From positions 1 to 64,000 of the forward strand of contig JANMLN010000151.1 in assembly GCA_031372565.1 (NCBI GenBank): a DNA stretch of 64,000 nucleotides, read 5' to 3'. Source of the DNA: Gemmatimonadota bacterium. Lineage in GTDB: Bacteria; Gemmatimonadota; Gemmatimonadetes; Gemmatimonadales; Gemmatimonadaceae. A model generated the notes under the pieces. The model was not told where the DNA came from. It saw only the letters and a list, made by a program, of their open reading frames with translations, and searched no databases. This document shows, piece after piece, positions 17,103 through 28,592 of this stretch. Position numbers and translations under genes: made by a program. Numbering within the stretch: the first letter of the stretch is position 1; the number at the start of each line of letters is the position of its first letter.

Positions 17103-17713
17103 TGGTGACGCAGGGAGTTCCGCTGCATGAAGCGAAGGTGGCCGTGATCATGGTGCACGGCCGCAACGCTGCGCCGGCCAACATTCTCACGATCGCGCCA
17201 GCCCTCAACACCTCACGCACCGCGTTTCTGGCACCGGCGGCAGCGGGTGGCGCGTGGTATCCGAAAGGGTTCATGGCGCCGACGGCCGAGAACGAGCCGG
17301 GCATCACCCATGGCATTGCATCGGTGCATGCGTGCATCGACGAGGCCGTGGCGGCGGGTGTACCTGCGGATCGCATCGTGCTGCTCGGCTTCTCGCAGGG
17401 TGCCTGCCTCGCGGGCACCGCAGCCGTGCGGCGCCCCGCGCGATATGGCGGTGTCGTCATGTACTCGGGCGGCCTCATCGGACCGCCCGGCACCGCGTGG
17501 CCCACGACGGGGGACCTGGCCGGCACGCCGGTCTTCCTCGGCTGCAGCGACGTGGATTCGCACATTCCGGCGGGCCGCGTGCGCGAGAGCGCTGCGCACT
17601 TCGAGCGCATGGGCGCGGCCGTCACCATGCGGTTGTACCCCGGCATGGGGCACCTGGTGAGCGAGGACGAGATCGAGTGGACGCGCGCGCTGCTGGTGTC
17701 ATTGGATGGGTAG
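17102..17713 (+). CDS. Phospholipase/carboxylesterase (alpha/beta hydrolase)
   Basis: HGR, GFSQG, DSHIP and YPGMGH motifs. TGATG coupling to the dioxygenase. Confidence 0.9.
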   Translation: MVTQGVPLHEAKVAVIMVHGRNAAPANILTIAPALNTSRTAFLAPAAAGGAWYPKGFMAPTAENEPGITHGIASVHACIDEAVAAGVPADRIVLLGFSQGACLAGTAAVRRPARYGGVVMYSGGLIGPPGTAWPTTGDLAGTPVFLGCSDVDSHIPAGRVRESAAHFERMGAAVTMRLYPGMGHLVSEDEIEWTRALLVSLDG

Positions 17714-17746
17714 CCACACCGTGCGGACGCAGCGCCGTGCAGCCGC

Positions 17747-18736
<990 letters not shown>

Positions 18737-18806
18737 GGGACGGGGCGTCGTGAGGAGGGAGGCGGTGACGCGCCTCCATGACGGAACGTACCGACCCGCC
18801 GTCGTG

Positions 18807-19928
18807 TCAGTCTTGCGTAAGCTTCCGGGCGATCTCGCCGATGCGCTCCAGCGCCTTCCGCACCTTGTCCGCCGGATACCCAACGGTCACGCGCAGGTGG
18901 TGCTCGGCGCCCAGCAGGCTGCCCGGCGCGACCAGCACGCTGCCTTCGGCGCGGATCCGCTCGGCCAGCGTGAGCGAATTGAGCGCGAGATGGCTGCGCA
19001 CGAATGCGATGGCCGTGGCCTGCGACGCCACGTGCGTGAAGCGCCCGCCTTGCTGCGCCAACCACTCGGCGAGCACCGCATGACCGTCACGCGTGAGGCG
19101 CTGCTGCCGGTCGAACAGCCAGCGGCGCTTCTCCGGCAGGAGCGCGATCTCCGCCATGGTCATGCTCGGCGCTGCTGCCGCGATGACGGCATACTCGTGT
19201 CGGCGCCAGAGCGCCTCGGTCACGTCGGGCGCGGCCACGATCCAGCCGAGCCGAAGTCCGGCCAAGCCGTATGCCTTCGAGAGCGAGTTGGTGCAGATGA
19301 CGCGATCATAGCGTCCGAAGAACGACGGCGTTTCGGGCGCGTTGCCGTGTTCGGTACCGGCATACACCTCGTCGGCATGCAGCCAGGCTCCGACGCGCGC
19401 GCAGGCATTGACGATGCGCTGCATCTCCGCTTCCGTGAAGATCGAGCCGGTCGGATTGTTCGGGTTCACCACCGACACGAGCTTGGTGCGGGGCGTGACG
19501 AGCGTGTCGAGCAGGTCGAGGCGCGCACGCCATCCGTTGTCGGGATCGAGTGGCAGCTCGCGTACGGTGCAGCCCGCGCCGTGCGCCAGCCCCCACACCT
19601 GTCGATAGCCCGGCGACATCACGACCACTTCGTCGCCCGGCTCGAGGAGCGTCTGACAGATCATGCTGTTGGCCTGCGCAGCGCCGACGGTCACGAGCAC
19701 ATGCGCTGGCGTGGCACCCGGGTAGAGCGCGGCAATCCGCTCGCGGAGCAGCGTGGTCCCGTTCACTTCGGGATAGAAGAGTCCCGTGTCGAGGACCTGC
19801 TGCTGCTCATCGGGGGTGAGCCATTCGCGCGTGCTGAGGCACTGCACGCTCGAGTCCGCGAGGTTCATCTCGACCGTGCGCTCCCAGCGCGACTGGTACT
19901 CCTCGAGTTCGAACGGCTGAAACGGCAT
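18807..19928 (-). CDS. PLP-dependent aminotransferase class I/II
   Basis: [26 protein letters not shown]. Confidence 0.92.
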   Translation of the reverse strand: MPFQPFELEEYQSRWERTVEMNLADSSVQCLSTREWLTPDEQQQVLDTGLFYPEVNGTTLLRERIAALYPGATPAHVLVTVGAAQANSMICQTLLEPGDEVVVMSPGYRQVWGLAHGAGCTVRELPLDPDNGWRARLDLLDTLVTPRTKLVSVVNPNNPTGSIFTEAEMQRIVNACARVGAWLHADEVYAGTEHGNAPETPSFFGRYDRVICTNSLSKAYGLAGLRLGWIVAAPDVTEALWRRHEYAVIAAAAPSMTMAEIALLPEKRRWLFDRQQRLTRDGHAVLAEWLAQQGGRFTHVASQATAIAFVRSHLALNSLTLAERIRAEGSVLVAPGSLLGAEHHLRVTVGYPADKVRKALERIGEIARKLTQD

Positions 19929-20067
19929 GGGACACACGGGTGAGTCGGAGCGCAGGGTCGGCCGGCGGCATCCGGTCGTCGCGCACCCGGAATATGACCC
20001 CGAGCGGTGGTTGCGCCACCGCGCGACGCGCGGGAAGTTCTGGGACCTGTCCCTTCGAGGCACTCCC

Positions 20068-21687
20068 GTGTTCCATCTACCGATCGTCGCACTCCTGCTC
20101 GCCGTCCCGCCCATGCTCGACGGCTACCAGCGGCAACCGCTGGACGTCCAGCACTACCGCTTCTCGCTGACGCTCGCGGACAGTACCGACCGGATCGTTG
20201 GACGCGCCGTCGTGCGCATGCGGCTGCTGGCCGCCGGGTTGAGCACGGTCTCGCTCGACCTCGCGAGCGTGACGCCAGAGCGGCAAGGGCGCGGCATGCG
20301 TGTGCAGGGAGTGTCGGTGGGCGGCACCGCACGACCCTTCGTGCACACGGGCGACAAGCTCGCGATCACGTTGGCCGCTCCTTCGACAGCAGGCCAGGTG
20401 GTGGAACTCGAGGTGTCGTACGCGGGCATCCCCGCCGATGGGTTGCTGATCAAGCCCACCCCGCACGGCGACCGTGCCTTCTTCTCGGACGATTGGCCCG
20501 ACAAGGCGCATCAGTGGTTGCCGACCATCGATCACATTGCCGACAAGGCAACGATGGAGATGGACGTCGTCGCGCCCGCGCACTACCAGGTCATCTCCAA
20601 CGGTCGACGGATGGAGCAGACCGACCTGGCCGATGGCACGCGCCGCACGATCTGGCGCGAGTCGGTGCCCATCGCGCCCTGGCTCTACGTGCTCGGCGTG
20701 GCGCGCTTCGCGGTGCAGCACGTGACGGAGTATCGCGGTATTCCGATCGAGACGTGGGTCTTTGCGGCGGATCGCGACGCGGGCTTCCACGACTTTGCCG
20801 AGCCCACTCCCGATGCGCTTGCGTTCTACTCCGAACGGATCGGGCCGTTCAGCTACGAGAAGCTGGCCAATGTGCAGTCGACCTCGGCGGCAGGCGGCAT
20901 GGAGGCCGCGTCGGCCATCTTCTATGCGACCGGCAGCGTGAGCGGCACGCGCAACTTGCGTTGGCGCAACGTCGTCATCCACGAGATCGCGCACCAATGG
21001 TTCGGCAATGCGATCACGGAGAACGACTGGAACGATGTGTGGCTGAGCGAGGGGTTCGCCACGTACTTCACGCTGCTCTTCATCGAGCATGCCTACGGAC
21101 GCGACGAGTTCGCCGAGGGGCTGCGCACCTCGCGGTTGCGGATTGCCGAGCTGGACGCGAAGCTGCCGAACTACCGCGTCGTGCACGAGAATCTGGTCAA
21201 CATGGCCGACGTGACCACCCGCCTCACCTACGAGAAGGGGGCCTGGGTGCTGCACATGCTGCGACAGGCCATGGGAGACGATCGTTTCTGGGCCGGGATC
21301 CGCGCCTACCATGCTCGCTATCGCGACGCGACCGCGAGCACGGCAGACTTCCGTGCCGAGATGGAGGCGGTGGCCGGGCAGGACCTGCGGCCCTACTTCG
21401 ACCAGTGGCTGTATCGCGGCGGGATCCCGAAGCTCGAGGGAAGCTGGAGCTGGAACGCGCGGACCAAGCGCGTGGAGATCGAGCTCCGTCAGGTGCAGCC
21501 CGGTGCGCCGTTCACGATGCCGCTCGAGATCGGGATCACGGAGCCTGGTGCAACGGCGCGCGTCGAGAAGCTCCAGCTCACGGGAGCCGTCGTGCGCGAT
21601 TCGTTCCGCGCCGAGCAGGCGCCGACGGCGCTGGTGCTCGATCCGAACGTGCGTGCGCTGTTCAGTGGCGCGTTGGTGAAGCGCTGA
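20068..21687 (+). CDS. M1 family aminopeptidase
   Basis: GGME, HEIAHQWFG...WLSEGFATY, YEKGA. Confidence 0.92.
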   Translation: MFHLPIVALLLAVPPMLDGYQRQPLDVQHYRFSLTLADSTDRIVGRAVVRMRLLAAGLSTVSLDLASVTPERQGRGMRVQGVSVGGTARPFVHTGDKLAITLAAPSTAGQVVELEVSYAGIPADGLLIKPTPHGDRAFFSDDWPDKAHQWLPTIDHIADKATMEMDVVAPAHYQVISNGRRMEQTDLADGTRRTIWRESVPIAPWLYVLGVARFAVQHVTEYRGIPIETWVFAADRDAGFHDFAEPTPDALAFYSERIGPFSYEKLANVQSTSAAGGMEAASAIFYATGSVSGTRNLRWRNVVIHEIAHQWFGNAITENDWNDVWLSEGFATYFTLLFIEHAYGRDEFAEGLRTSRLRIAELDAKLPNYRVVHENLVNMADVTTRLTYEKGAWVLHMLRQAMGDDRFWAGIRAYHARYRDATASTADFRAEMEAVAGQDLRPYFDQWLYRGGIPKLEGSWSWNARTKRVEIELRQVQPGAPFTMPLEIGITEPGATARVEKLQLTGAVVRDSFRAEQAPTALVLDPNVRALFSGALVKR

Positions 21688-21751
21688 GGAAGATCCGCGC
21701 GGTCAGCGTCACGGAGTACGCGCGATGCAGGCCTCGAGCGTGCTCGTCGGG

Positions 21752-22237
21752 TCAGTCACGAAGCTCGACTTCGCCCTCGATCTCCACCGGAATGTCCCAT
21801 GGCAGCTCCGCCATGCCGACCGCGCTGCGACTGTGTGCGCCGACCTCGGGGCCGAACAGTTCGAGAATGAGCTCCGACGCACCGTTGATCACGCTCGGCT
21901 GCCGATTGAAGCCGGGCGCAGAGTTGACCATGCCGAACAGCTTGCCCCACGCGGCGATCCGATCGAGATCGCCGAGGGCGCGTTGCAGGCTGCCGAGCAT
22001 GGAGAGGGCGGTGAGGCGCGCCGCGACATAGCCCTGTTCCACCGTGAGATCTCGCCCAACCTTGCCGAGAGGCTCCGCGTCGGTGCCGTCGGGGTTCTGG
22101 GGGCCATGGCCGGCGATCAGCGCGCGGTGTCCGATGATGCGCACCGACCGGAAGGGCAGGATGACGCCCGGTGGTGGCGCCATCGGTGGCGGCAGGACGA
22201 GTCCGAGCGCGGCAAGCTTCGATTCGATCTTCGACAT
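21752..22237 (-). CDS. RidA/YjgF family protein
   Basis: VINGASEL...GAHSRSAVGMAELP...PVEIE. Confidence 0.9.
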   Translation of the reverse strand: MSKIESKLAALGLVLPPPMAPPPGVILPFRSVRIIGHRALIAGHGPQNPDGTDAEPLGKVGRDLTVEQGYVAARLTALSMLGSLQRALGDLDRIAAWGKLFGMVNSAPGFNRQPSVINGASELILELFGPEVGAHSRSAVGMAELPWDIPVEIEGEVELRD

Positions 22238-22458
22238 CGTGGGCGACGGGTGAGGGCGGATGGTGTCCCGGAAGGTAGACCGGCGATGACGGCGGGTCGC
22301 GGGATGGCGGCGCCCGGCGCGGCACCGCACATTCTGCCATCGGTTCGGGGCAGTGCGCAACGCTCCGCGGCCGCGCCGCGTACACGACGGCAATCGCTCG
22401 CCCGACGCGGGCAGGCAGACGCCAACAGACCGCAGACACTCGACGACACGAGGCCCAG

Positions 22459-24012
22459 ATGAAGACGCAGTATGCCGACGGAGCGAACGATCCCGAGCAT
22501 GAGGTGAGCCGTCGAGAGTTCCTGGGCACCGCCATGGCCGGATCGGCTGCACTCGCACTGGGCCCGACGGTCGCTCCGGTGGTCCTCGCGCCCGACGACA
22601 AGGATGCGGTGATGGCGGCGGTTGCGCCGCAGCACGCGCAGACGCTCAAGATGCTGCAGGACTGGATTGCACTGCCGTCGATCGCGGCCGAGAATCGCAA
22701 CTATCCGCAGGGCCCCGAGTACATGGCGAAGCTTGCGCGCGAGGCCGGCTTCCAGAACGTCGAGCTGGTGCCGACCAAGGCGGGGCATGCGGGTGTGTTT
22801 GCCACGCTCGATGCCGGCGCGAAGACGACGCTCGCGATCTACATGATGTACGACGTCAAGCAGTACGATCCCGCCGAGTGGAGTTCACCGCCGCTTGAAG
22901 GGCGACTCGTGGACAGGCCGGGAGTCGGCAAGATCATCGTCGGGCGAGGCGCCACGAATTCCAAGGGCCCGCAGATGGCCTGCCTGGCCGCCTTTCACGC
23001 CTTCAAGGCGGCCGGCAAGAAGCTGCCGATCAACATCGTGCTCGTGTGCGAGGGTCAGGAAGAGATCGGTTCGCCGAATTTCAGCGAAGTCGTGTTCAAG
23101 CCGGAGGTGAAGGCGGCGCTCGAGAAGTGCGTCGGCATCATCATTCCACTGGGCAATCAGGGGCTCGACGGCGCGGTCACGATCAACCTCGGCTCCAAGG
23201 GGGTCTGCGAGCTGGAGTTGGTGGCGAGCGGTGAGAAGTGGGGTCGCGGGCCGGTCAAGGACCTGCACTCGAGCTATGAAGCGCAGGTGGATAGCCCGGT
23301 GTGGCATCTCGTGCAGGCGCTCAACTCGCTCGTGAAGGCGGATGGCCACACGCCGGCGATCGAGGGGTTCTTCGACAAGGTGCGCCCGCTCTCGGCGGTG
23401 CAGAAGAAGATCCTCGCCGATGCGATTCCCAGGAAGAACGAAGCCGCGACCAAGCGTGGCATGGGCATCAGCAAGGTGTTTGGCGATGAACCGTGGGCTG
23501 CCTCGCTCGAGCGGCTGGTCACGCAGCCGACGATCAACATTCAGGGATTGGTGGGCGGTTACACGGGGCCGGGCGGCAAGACGATCCTCCCGCACAAGGC
23601 GGTCGCCAAGATCGACATGCGGCTCGTGCCTGACATGACCAAGGAGGGGACGCTCGCGCTGCTCAAGGCGCATCTGGTCAAGCACGGCTTCGGCGACATC
23701 GAAGTCAACGTGAGCGGTGGGTACGATCCAACCCAGACCGATCCCGACGCGCGGCTGGTCAAGGCGCAGGTGGCGGCGTACCAGAAGGCTGGTATCGATC
23801 CGCTGCTCTGGCCGCGACTGGCCGGCTCCTGGCCGGGGGTCACCTTTACCGGTGCGCCACTCAAGCTCGCGGCTGGTCAGTATGGCTTGGGCCATGGCAA
23901 CGGCGCGCACGCACCGGATGAGTATTGGCTCATCGAGTCGGCGAACCCCAAGGTGGCCGGGATGGATGGCGCGGTGAAGTCGTTCGTCGAGCTGTTCTAT
24001 CAGATCGCGTAA
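22459..24012 (+). CDS. M20/M25/M40 family peptidase, Tat-exported
   Basis: SRREFL, YDVK, GRGATNSKG, EGQEEIGS, AHAPDEY. Confidence 0.9.
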   Translation: MKTQYADGANDPEHEVSRREFLGTAMAGSAALALGPTVAPVVLAPDDKDAVMAAVAPQHAQTLKMLQDWIALPSIAAENRNYPQGPEYMAKLAREAGFQNVELVPTKAGHAGVFATLDAGAKTTLAIYMMYDVKQYDPAEWSSPPLEGRLVDRPGVGKIIVGRGATNSKGPQMACLAAFHAFKAAGKKLPINIVLVCEGQEEIGSPNFSEVVFKPEVKAALEKCVGIIIPLGNQGLDGAVTINLGSKGVCELELVASGEKWGRGPVKDLHSSYEAQVDSPVWHLVQALNSLVKADGHTPAIEGFFDKVRPLSAVQKKILADAIPRKNEAATKRGMGISKVFGDEPWAASLERLVTQPTINIQGLVGGYTGPGGKTILPHKAVAKIDMRLVPDMTKEGTLALLKAHLVKHGFGDIEVNVSGGYDPTQTDPDARLVKAQVAAYQKAGIDPLLWPRLAGSWPGVTFTGAPLKLAAGQYGLGHGNGAHAPDEYWLIESANPKVAGMDGAVKSFVELFYQIA

Positions 24013-24044
24013 GACAGTCTCTTCGCTCACCGGTCACGCCGCAC

Positions 24045-25022
24045 ATGCCCGCACTCGACGCCGTTCGTCCGATCACGCTCGCTGACATCGAAGCGGCGCG
24101 CGATCGCATTGCGGGCACGGTGATTCGCACGCCGCTGGTGCGACTCGACGCGGGCCCCGGTGCGCCGGAGATCTGGCTCAAGCTCGAGAATCTGCAGCCG
24201 ACCAACGCCTACAAGTTGCGAGGGGCGGCCAACGCGGTGGCCATGCTGACGCCAGCTGAACGTGCGCGTGGTGTGTGGACCATCAGTGCGGGAAACGCGG
24301 GGCAGGGGATCGCGTACGCCGCGCTCAAGGCAGGTATTCCGTGCACTGTGGTGGTCATCGAGACCGCGCCGCAGGCCAAGATCGACCGGATGCGCGCGTT
24401 GGGCGCCACCCTCGTGCCGGTGCGCTACGACCGCGCCTGGCAGGCGCTCGACGAGCGGTCGTATCCGGGAGTCGACGGGACGTTCATTCATCCGTTCGAT
24501 GACGACGCCTTCATCGCTGGTCACGGGACAATGGGACTCGAGATCCTCGAGGACTTGCCCACCGTGACGGCGGTGATCGCCGGTATTGGCGGCGGTGGCC
24601 TGGTGGTGGGCGTCGGCAGTGCCATCAAGGCGCTGCAGCCGAGCGTGAAGATGTTCGGTGCGGAGCCCGAGACGGCCGCGCCGATGGCGCTCTCGCTCGA
24701 GCAGGGATCGCCGCAGAAGTATGCGGCGTGGCAGCAGTCGTTCGTGGATGGTGCGGGCGGACAGTCCGTCTTTCCGCGCATGTGGGAACGGATGCGGCCC
24801 GTGATCGACGGCAGTCTCGTCGTGTCGCTCGACGAGGTGAAGCGAGCGATGCGCATGATGGCCGAGAAGGCGCGTGTCGTGTCCGAGGGCGCTGGCGCGC
24901 TGCCCTTGGCTGCCGCGCTCTCTGGTCAGGCCGCGGCCGGGCCGATCGTGTGCGTGGTGAGCGGTGGGAACATCGACCTCGCGAAATACATCGAGATCAT
25001 CGGCGCCCCGTCGTCATCCTGA
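24045..25022 (+). CDS. PLP-dependent threonine/serine dehydratase family protein
   Basis: LKLENLQPTNAYKLRGA, SAGN, GGGGL, SGGN. Confidence 0.9.
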   Translation: MPALDAVRPITLADIEAARDRIAGTVIRTPLVRLDAGPGAPEIWLKLENLQPTNAYKLRGAANAVAMLTPAERARGVWTISAGNAGQGIAYAALKAGIPCTVVVIETAPQAKIDRMRALGATLVPVRYDRAWQALDERSYPGVDGTFIHPFDDDAFIAGHGTMGLEILEDLPTVTAVIAGIGGGGLVVGVGSAIKALQPSVKMFGAEPETAAPMALSLEQGSPQKYAAWQQSFVDGAGGQSVFPRMWERMRPVIDGSLVVSLDEVKRAMRMMAEKARVVSEGAGALPLAAALSGQAAAGPIVCVVSGGNIDLAKYIEIIGAPSSS

Positions 25023-25114
25023 GCCCCCCCGTCGTCCTGAGCGAAGCGAAGGACCTGCTTCTCCTCCTCATCTCCCCCGTCGTCCTGAGCGAAGCGAAGG
25101 ACCTGCTTCTCCTC
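25012..25114 (+). repeat. Tandem REP-like palindromic elements (one partial and two full copies, 48-bp period)
   Basis: CCCCCGTCGTCCTGAGCGAAGCGAAGGACCTGCTTCTCCTC at 25026-25066 and 25074-25114, between convergent genes. Confidence 0.85.
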
Positions 25115-25118
25115 GTCG

Positions 25119-26720
25119 CTACAACATCGTCCCCACATGCACCGCCACCGCGCGGTTCGCACCCAGCGAGAAGCTGACAGCGCCTCCCACCGAGACCGTC
25201 ACGCTCGTGCCCGCGCACACCAGACCGCTCTTCCCGCCCGTGATCACGTCACAATAGACCCCCGGCGCGAGTCCCGTCGGCGTCGCAACCGTCACCGCCG
25301 TGTTCTCGCGATTGATCGCGACAAACCCCATCGTGCCACGCGAGAACGCGATCGCGTTACTGCCGTTGTCCCACCAACGGTTCTGATCGGTGCCGGCCAC
25401 GACCTTCCGGAACGCGACCATGCGGAGCAGGTGCGGGTCACGATGCTCGCACACCCAGTTACCGATGACCGCCGTCTCCAGCGCCGATGCGCACGTCACC
25501 GGCAGGATCTGCCCGCCGCCGTCTGAGGGCGGACCCATCTCGCGTCCGAACTGTGTCGACCGGTCGAATGTGTAGCTCGACATCAGCGAGGGAAAGCCGT
25601 ACGGCTGCGCCAGCAAGAAGACATTGGCGAGACGGAACGTGTCGCCGGCGCGCCAGCTGACGCCATTGCCGGACCGCTGCGTGTCATGATTCTCGAGGAA
25701 GATGACCGCCTTGTTGCTGGCCATGATCCCCCACGCGGTGGGAGAGAACTGATTGCCCGGCGTGCCGTTCGGATTGAGCTGGAAGAGCTTCTGCCCACCA
25801 AGTCCCGTGAACTTGTCGCCGAGCCCCGTGGTCGTGAATTCGGTGATGTCCGACGCGCCGCCGGACGAGTAGCCGACGCCGAAGTAGTCGCGTGTACCGA
25901 TCGCTTCGCCGCCGCCGGCAATCACCTCGAGGAAGACGTAGGGGCGCGGGCGCCCGTCCGCCACCGCGTCCTGGTTCACGCGCACAATGATCGAGTCGAG
26001 TTCGACCTGCTGCATGTGCTTGGCCGCGTCGATGCGGAAGCCCACGACCCCCATCCGCGCCAGACTCGTGAGGTAGTCCGCGATCTTCGCGCGTACGCTG
26101 GCCGAGCCGGTGTTGAGATCGGGCAGTCCCAGCAGCTCGCAGTCCTGTACGTTGGCCGCAATGCGGTAGTCCGTCACCGTGCATGGCGCATGAAAGTCGG
26201 TCGGCGCGTACAACCCCGGGTAGCTGTACTTGGTATACGCGGTGCCGTTGCTCCCCGTCCCCGGGCTGGGAAAGTTCGTCATGTGATTGATCACGGCATC
26301 GACGATGATCCCGACCCCCGCATTCTTGCAGCGCGTGACCATCTGCTGGAACTCGGCCCCCGTGCCCGATCGACTGCGCGCCACCGTGTAGCTCACGGGC
26401 TGGTACCGTTGGCTCCAGGTGCCGCTCGCCTGCACGCTGTGCTCCTGCGGCGGACTGATCTGCACCGCGTACACGCCAGCGGGGCCGAGCACGTTCTCGC
26501 ACTCGGATGCGATGTCGAGCCAGCGCCATTCGAACAGGTGCACGAAGACGTCGCCGGCGTCCGCATGGCCGGTGGGGCGATACAGCTGCGGCAGGGCGGG
26601 CCGCCCGGGCGGGAAGCTGATCGCGCCGGTTGGCGCCGTGTCGTCGCCACAGGACACCGTGAAGACGAGGTGCGCAACGGTCAGCGCGCGCGTCATGTGG
26701 TACGAAACGATCGATGTCAT
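25119..26720 (-). CDS. Alpha-amylase, GH13 (probable lipoprotein)
   Basis: VHLFEW, RYQPVSY, DAVINH, GFRIDAAKH, EV, NHD, WVCEHR; TVSC lipobox. Confidence 0.92.
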   Translation of the reverse strand: MTSIVSYHMTRALTVAHLVFTVSCGDDTAPTGAISFPPGRPALPQLYRPTGHADAGDVFVHLFEWRWLDIASECENVLGPAGVYAVQISPPQEHSVQASGTWSQRYQPVSYTVARSRSGTGAEFQQMVTRCKNAGVGIIVDAVINHMTNFPSPGTGSNGTAYTKYSYPGLYAPTDFHAPCTVTDYRIAANVQDCELLGLPDLNTGSASVRAKIADYLTSLARMGVVGFRIDAAKHMQQVELDSIIVRVNQDAVADGRPRPYVFLEVIAGGGEAIGTRDYFGVGYSSGGASDITEFTTTGLGDKFTGLGGQKLFQLNPNGTPGNQFSPTAWGIMASNKAVIFLENHDTQRSGNGVSWRAGDTFRLANVFLLAQPYGFPSLMSSYTFDRSTQFGREMGPPSDGGGQILPVTCASALETAVIGNWVCEHRDPHLLRMVAFRKVVAGTDQNRWWDNGSNAIAFSRGTMGFVAINRENTAVTVATPTGLAPGVYCDVITGGKSGLVCAGTSVTVSVGGAVSFSLGANRAVAVHVGTML

Positions 26721-26761
26721 GGTGCCTGCAGGGGTCGGATGATGATGTCCGCGGCGCGCGG

Positions 26762-28435
26762 CTACTGGCGGCATGGCGCGTGCGGGTCGGTGGGCGCAGG
26801 GACATCCCGTTTCGGCCGCTGCGGCATGTTGCCGATCGCGAGCGCGGCTGCGTACACCATGCGCGTGACGCGCGCCATGTCGGGATAGCTGATGTACTGC
26901 GCCTCGTCGGTGACCTGATGGTAATCGAGGTGCTCGCCGCGCGAGATCGCGAGTGCCGGGATGCCGTATCGGGCGTAGTTGTAGTGGTCGGCGCGACAGT
27001 AATACTGCAGCGGGTGCCCGGGCTGGTCGAACGTGTAATCGAAGCGGAACGGAACCGGCTGGCGCGCGTTGACGGCCTCCAGCGTATCGCCGAACTCGCG
27101 CGAGATGCGACGCGCACCGACCACCTCGAGGTACTGTGGCGTGCCGGCGCCAGTCCCGTTCACCGGAAAGTCGTCCGCCTTGCCGCGCCCGATCATGTCC
27201 TCGTCGATCTCCGCAACGATCGAGTCGAGCGGGACCGTCGGATGATCGGTGAACCAGGCCGAACCGAAGAGCCCCGCTTCCTCTGCCACGTGATTGACGA
27301 ACAGGATCGAACGGCGCGGACGCGCGCCGGTGCGCGCGAGCGCCTCGGCAACCTCCAGCAGCCCCACGGTGCCCGATCCATCGTCGTCGGCGCCATTGCG
27401 AATCGAGTCGAGGCGCGGCGGATGCAGGCGTCGCAGACTGTCGAGCAGGGCACGAATGCGCACCCACTCGGCGGCCGACGGCGGACGCACCGGCGAATCG
27501 GCCCCCATCGGACGGATCACGCGATTGAACGCGCGCACCGAATCGTGATCCACCGGCGCATGATCGAAGCCGACATGGTCGTTGTGTGCCGTGAGCGCGA
27601 GATACTGACCGGCGAGCGCAGGATCGCTCCCGCGCAGGATCGCGACGACGTTGCGCGCCGGATGCGCCATCGGGACGCGCGCAAAGTCGAGCCGCCCGCT
27701 CAGGGAGCGGCCAACCGTGCCCACCGAGAGCGTCGCAGGATCGCTGCCAAACAACTTCCTGGCTGCCGCGCGCGAGAGCCAGATGCTCGGCAGCAGCGTG
27801 GGGATGCGTGACGTGTCCACGACGGGCCGTCCTTCGCGCATGGTCGCGATGATCTCCGGGGGCGCGTCGTCCAGCACCACGAGCGCCACGGCTGCTGCGC
27901 CGCGCCAGCGCGCCCCCGAGACGATCACCTGACGCAGGGAGGCGCCCGTGGGCAGGTCGAACACCACGACCTTCCCCGCGCTCTGAGCCGGCGCGATCCA
28001 GCCCGTGCTGTCGGTGGCGCGCCCGGCATACACCACAGGCACTCCCGTCAGGACGGCCGCCGGCGCGTAGGCCTGCCTCGGCAGGAACTCGTCGCCCAGT
28101 CTGAGTGAGGCGCCATCGACGGTGAGACGCGACTGCGGATCGACCTTGAGCGTGTACATCGGGACCGTCTGGAAGTACGTGCCGTTGTCGCCCGCGGGCT
28201 CAAGACCGAGCCGCTTGAACTCTGCGGCCACGTACGCCGCCGTCTGGAAGTTCCCCCGCGAGCCCGACTCGCGCCCCATCATCGAATCGTCCGCGATGAG
28301 GAACAACCGGAGGCGCAGGTCGTCCTCCGTGATCTCGGGGCGCGTGACGACCGCTGGCGCCGGTGGGCGTCCGGACGTGCACGAGGTCGAGACGACGGCG
28401 AGCGCGCAGAGCACGCGGCAGCGGAGACGCTTCAT
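26762..28435 (-). CDS. M28 family peptidase with PA-like insert
   Basis: TAHNDH, NGADDDGSG, AEEAGLFGS, ADH, DYHQVTDE. Confidence 0.9.
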   Translation of the reverse strand: MKRLRCRVLCALAVVSTSCTSGRPPAPAVVTRPEITEDDLRLRLFLIADDSMMGRESGSRGNFQTAAYVAAEFKRLGLEPAGDNGTYFQTVPMYTLKVDPQSRLTVDGASLRLGDEFLPRQAYAPAAVLTGVPVVYAGRATDSTGWIAPAQSAGKVVVFDLPTGASLRQVIVSGARWRGAAAVALVVLDDAPPEIIATMREGRPVVDTSRIPTLLPSIWLSRAAARKLFGSDPATLSVGTVGRSLSGRLDFARVPMAHPARNVVAILRGSDPALAGQYLALTAHNDHVGFDHAPVDHDSVRAFNRVIRPMGADSPVRPPSAAEWVRIRALLDSLRRLHPPRLDSIRNGADDDGSGTVGLLEVAEALARTGARPRRSILFVNHVAEEAGLFGSAWFTDHPTVPLDSIVAEIDEDMIGRGKADDFPVNGTGAGTPQYLEVVGARRISREFGDTLEAVNARQPVPFRFDYTFDQPGHPLQYYCRADHYNYARYGIPALAISRGEHLDYHQVTDEAQYISYPDMARVTRMVYAAALAIGNMPQRPKRDVPAPTDPHAPCRQ

Positions 28436-28592
28436 GGCAGCGGAGGGTGAGAGTCGCCGAATTCTACGCGCATCGTCCCTCATGCGCGCGCGGGGCAGGC
28501 GTTGCGACTCGGGCCGCACGTGGCCCGCCCGCCGCTGGCGAGCTGCCAAGTCGCTAAACTTCACTCGATCTCACACGACACACTGCCGACTC

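Noticed and set aside
25026..25114. Two 41-bp direct repeats as a mini-CRISPR
   Set aside because: The spacer is only 7 bp, there are no cas genes, and the same motif occurs as a dispersed REP-like element.
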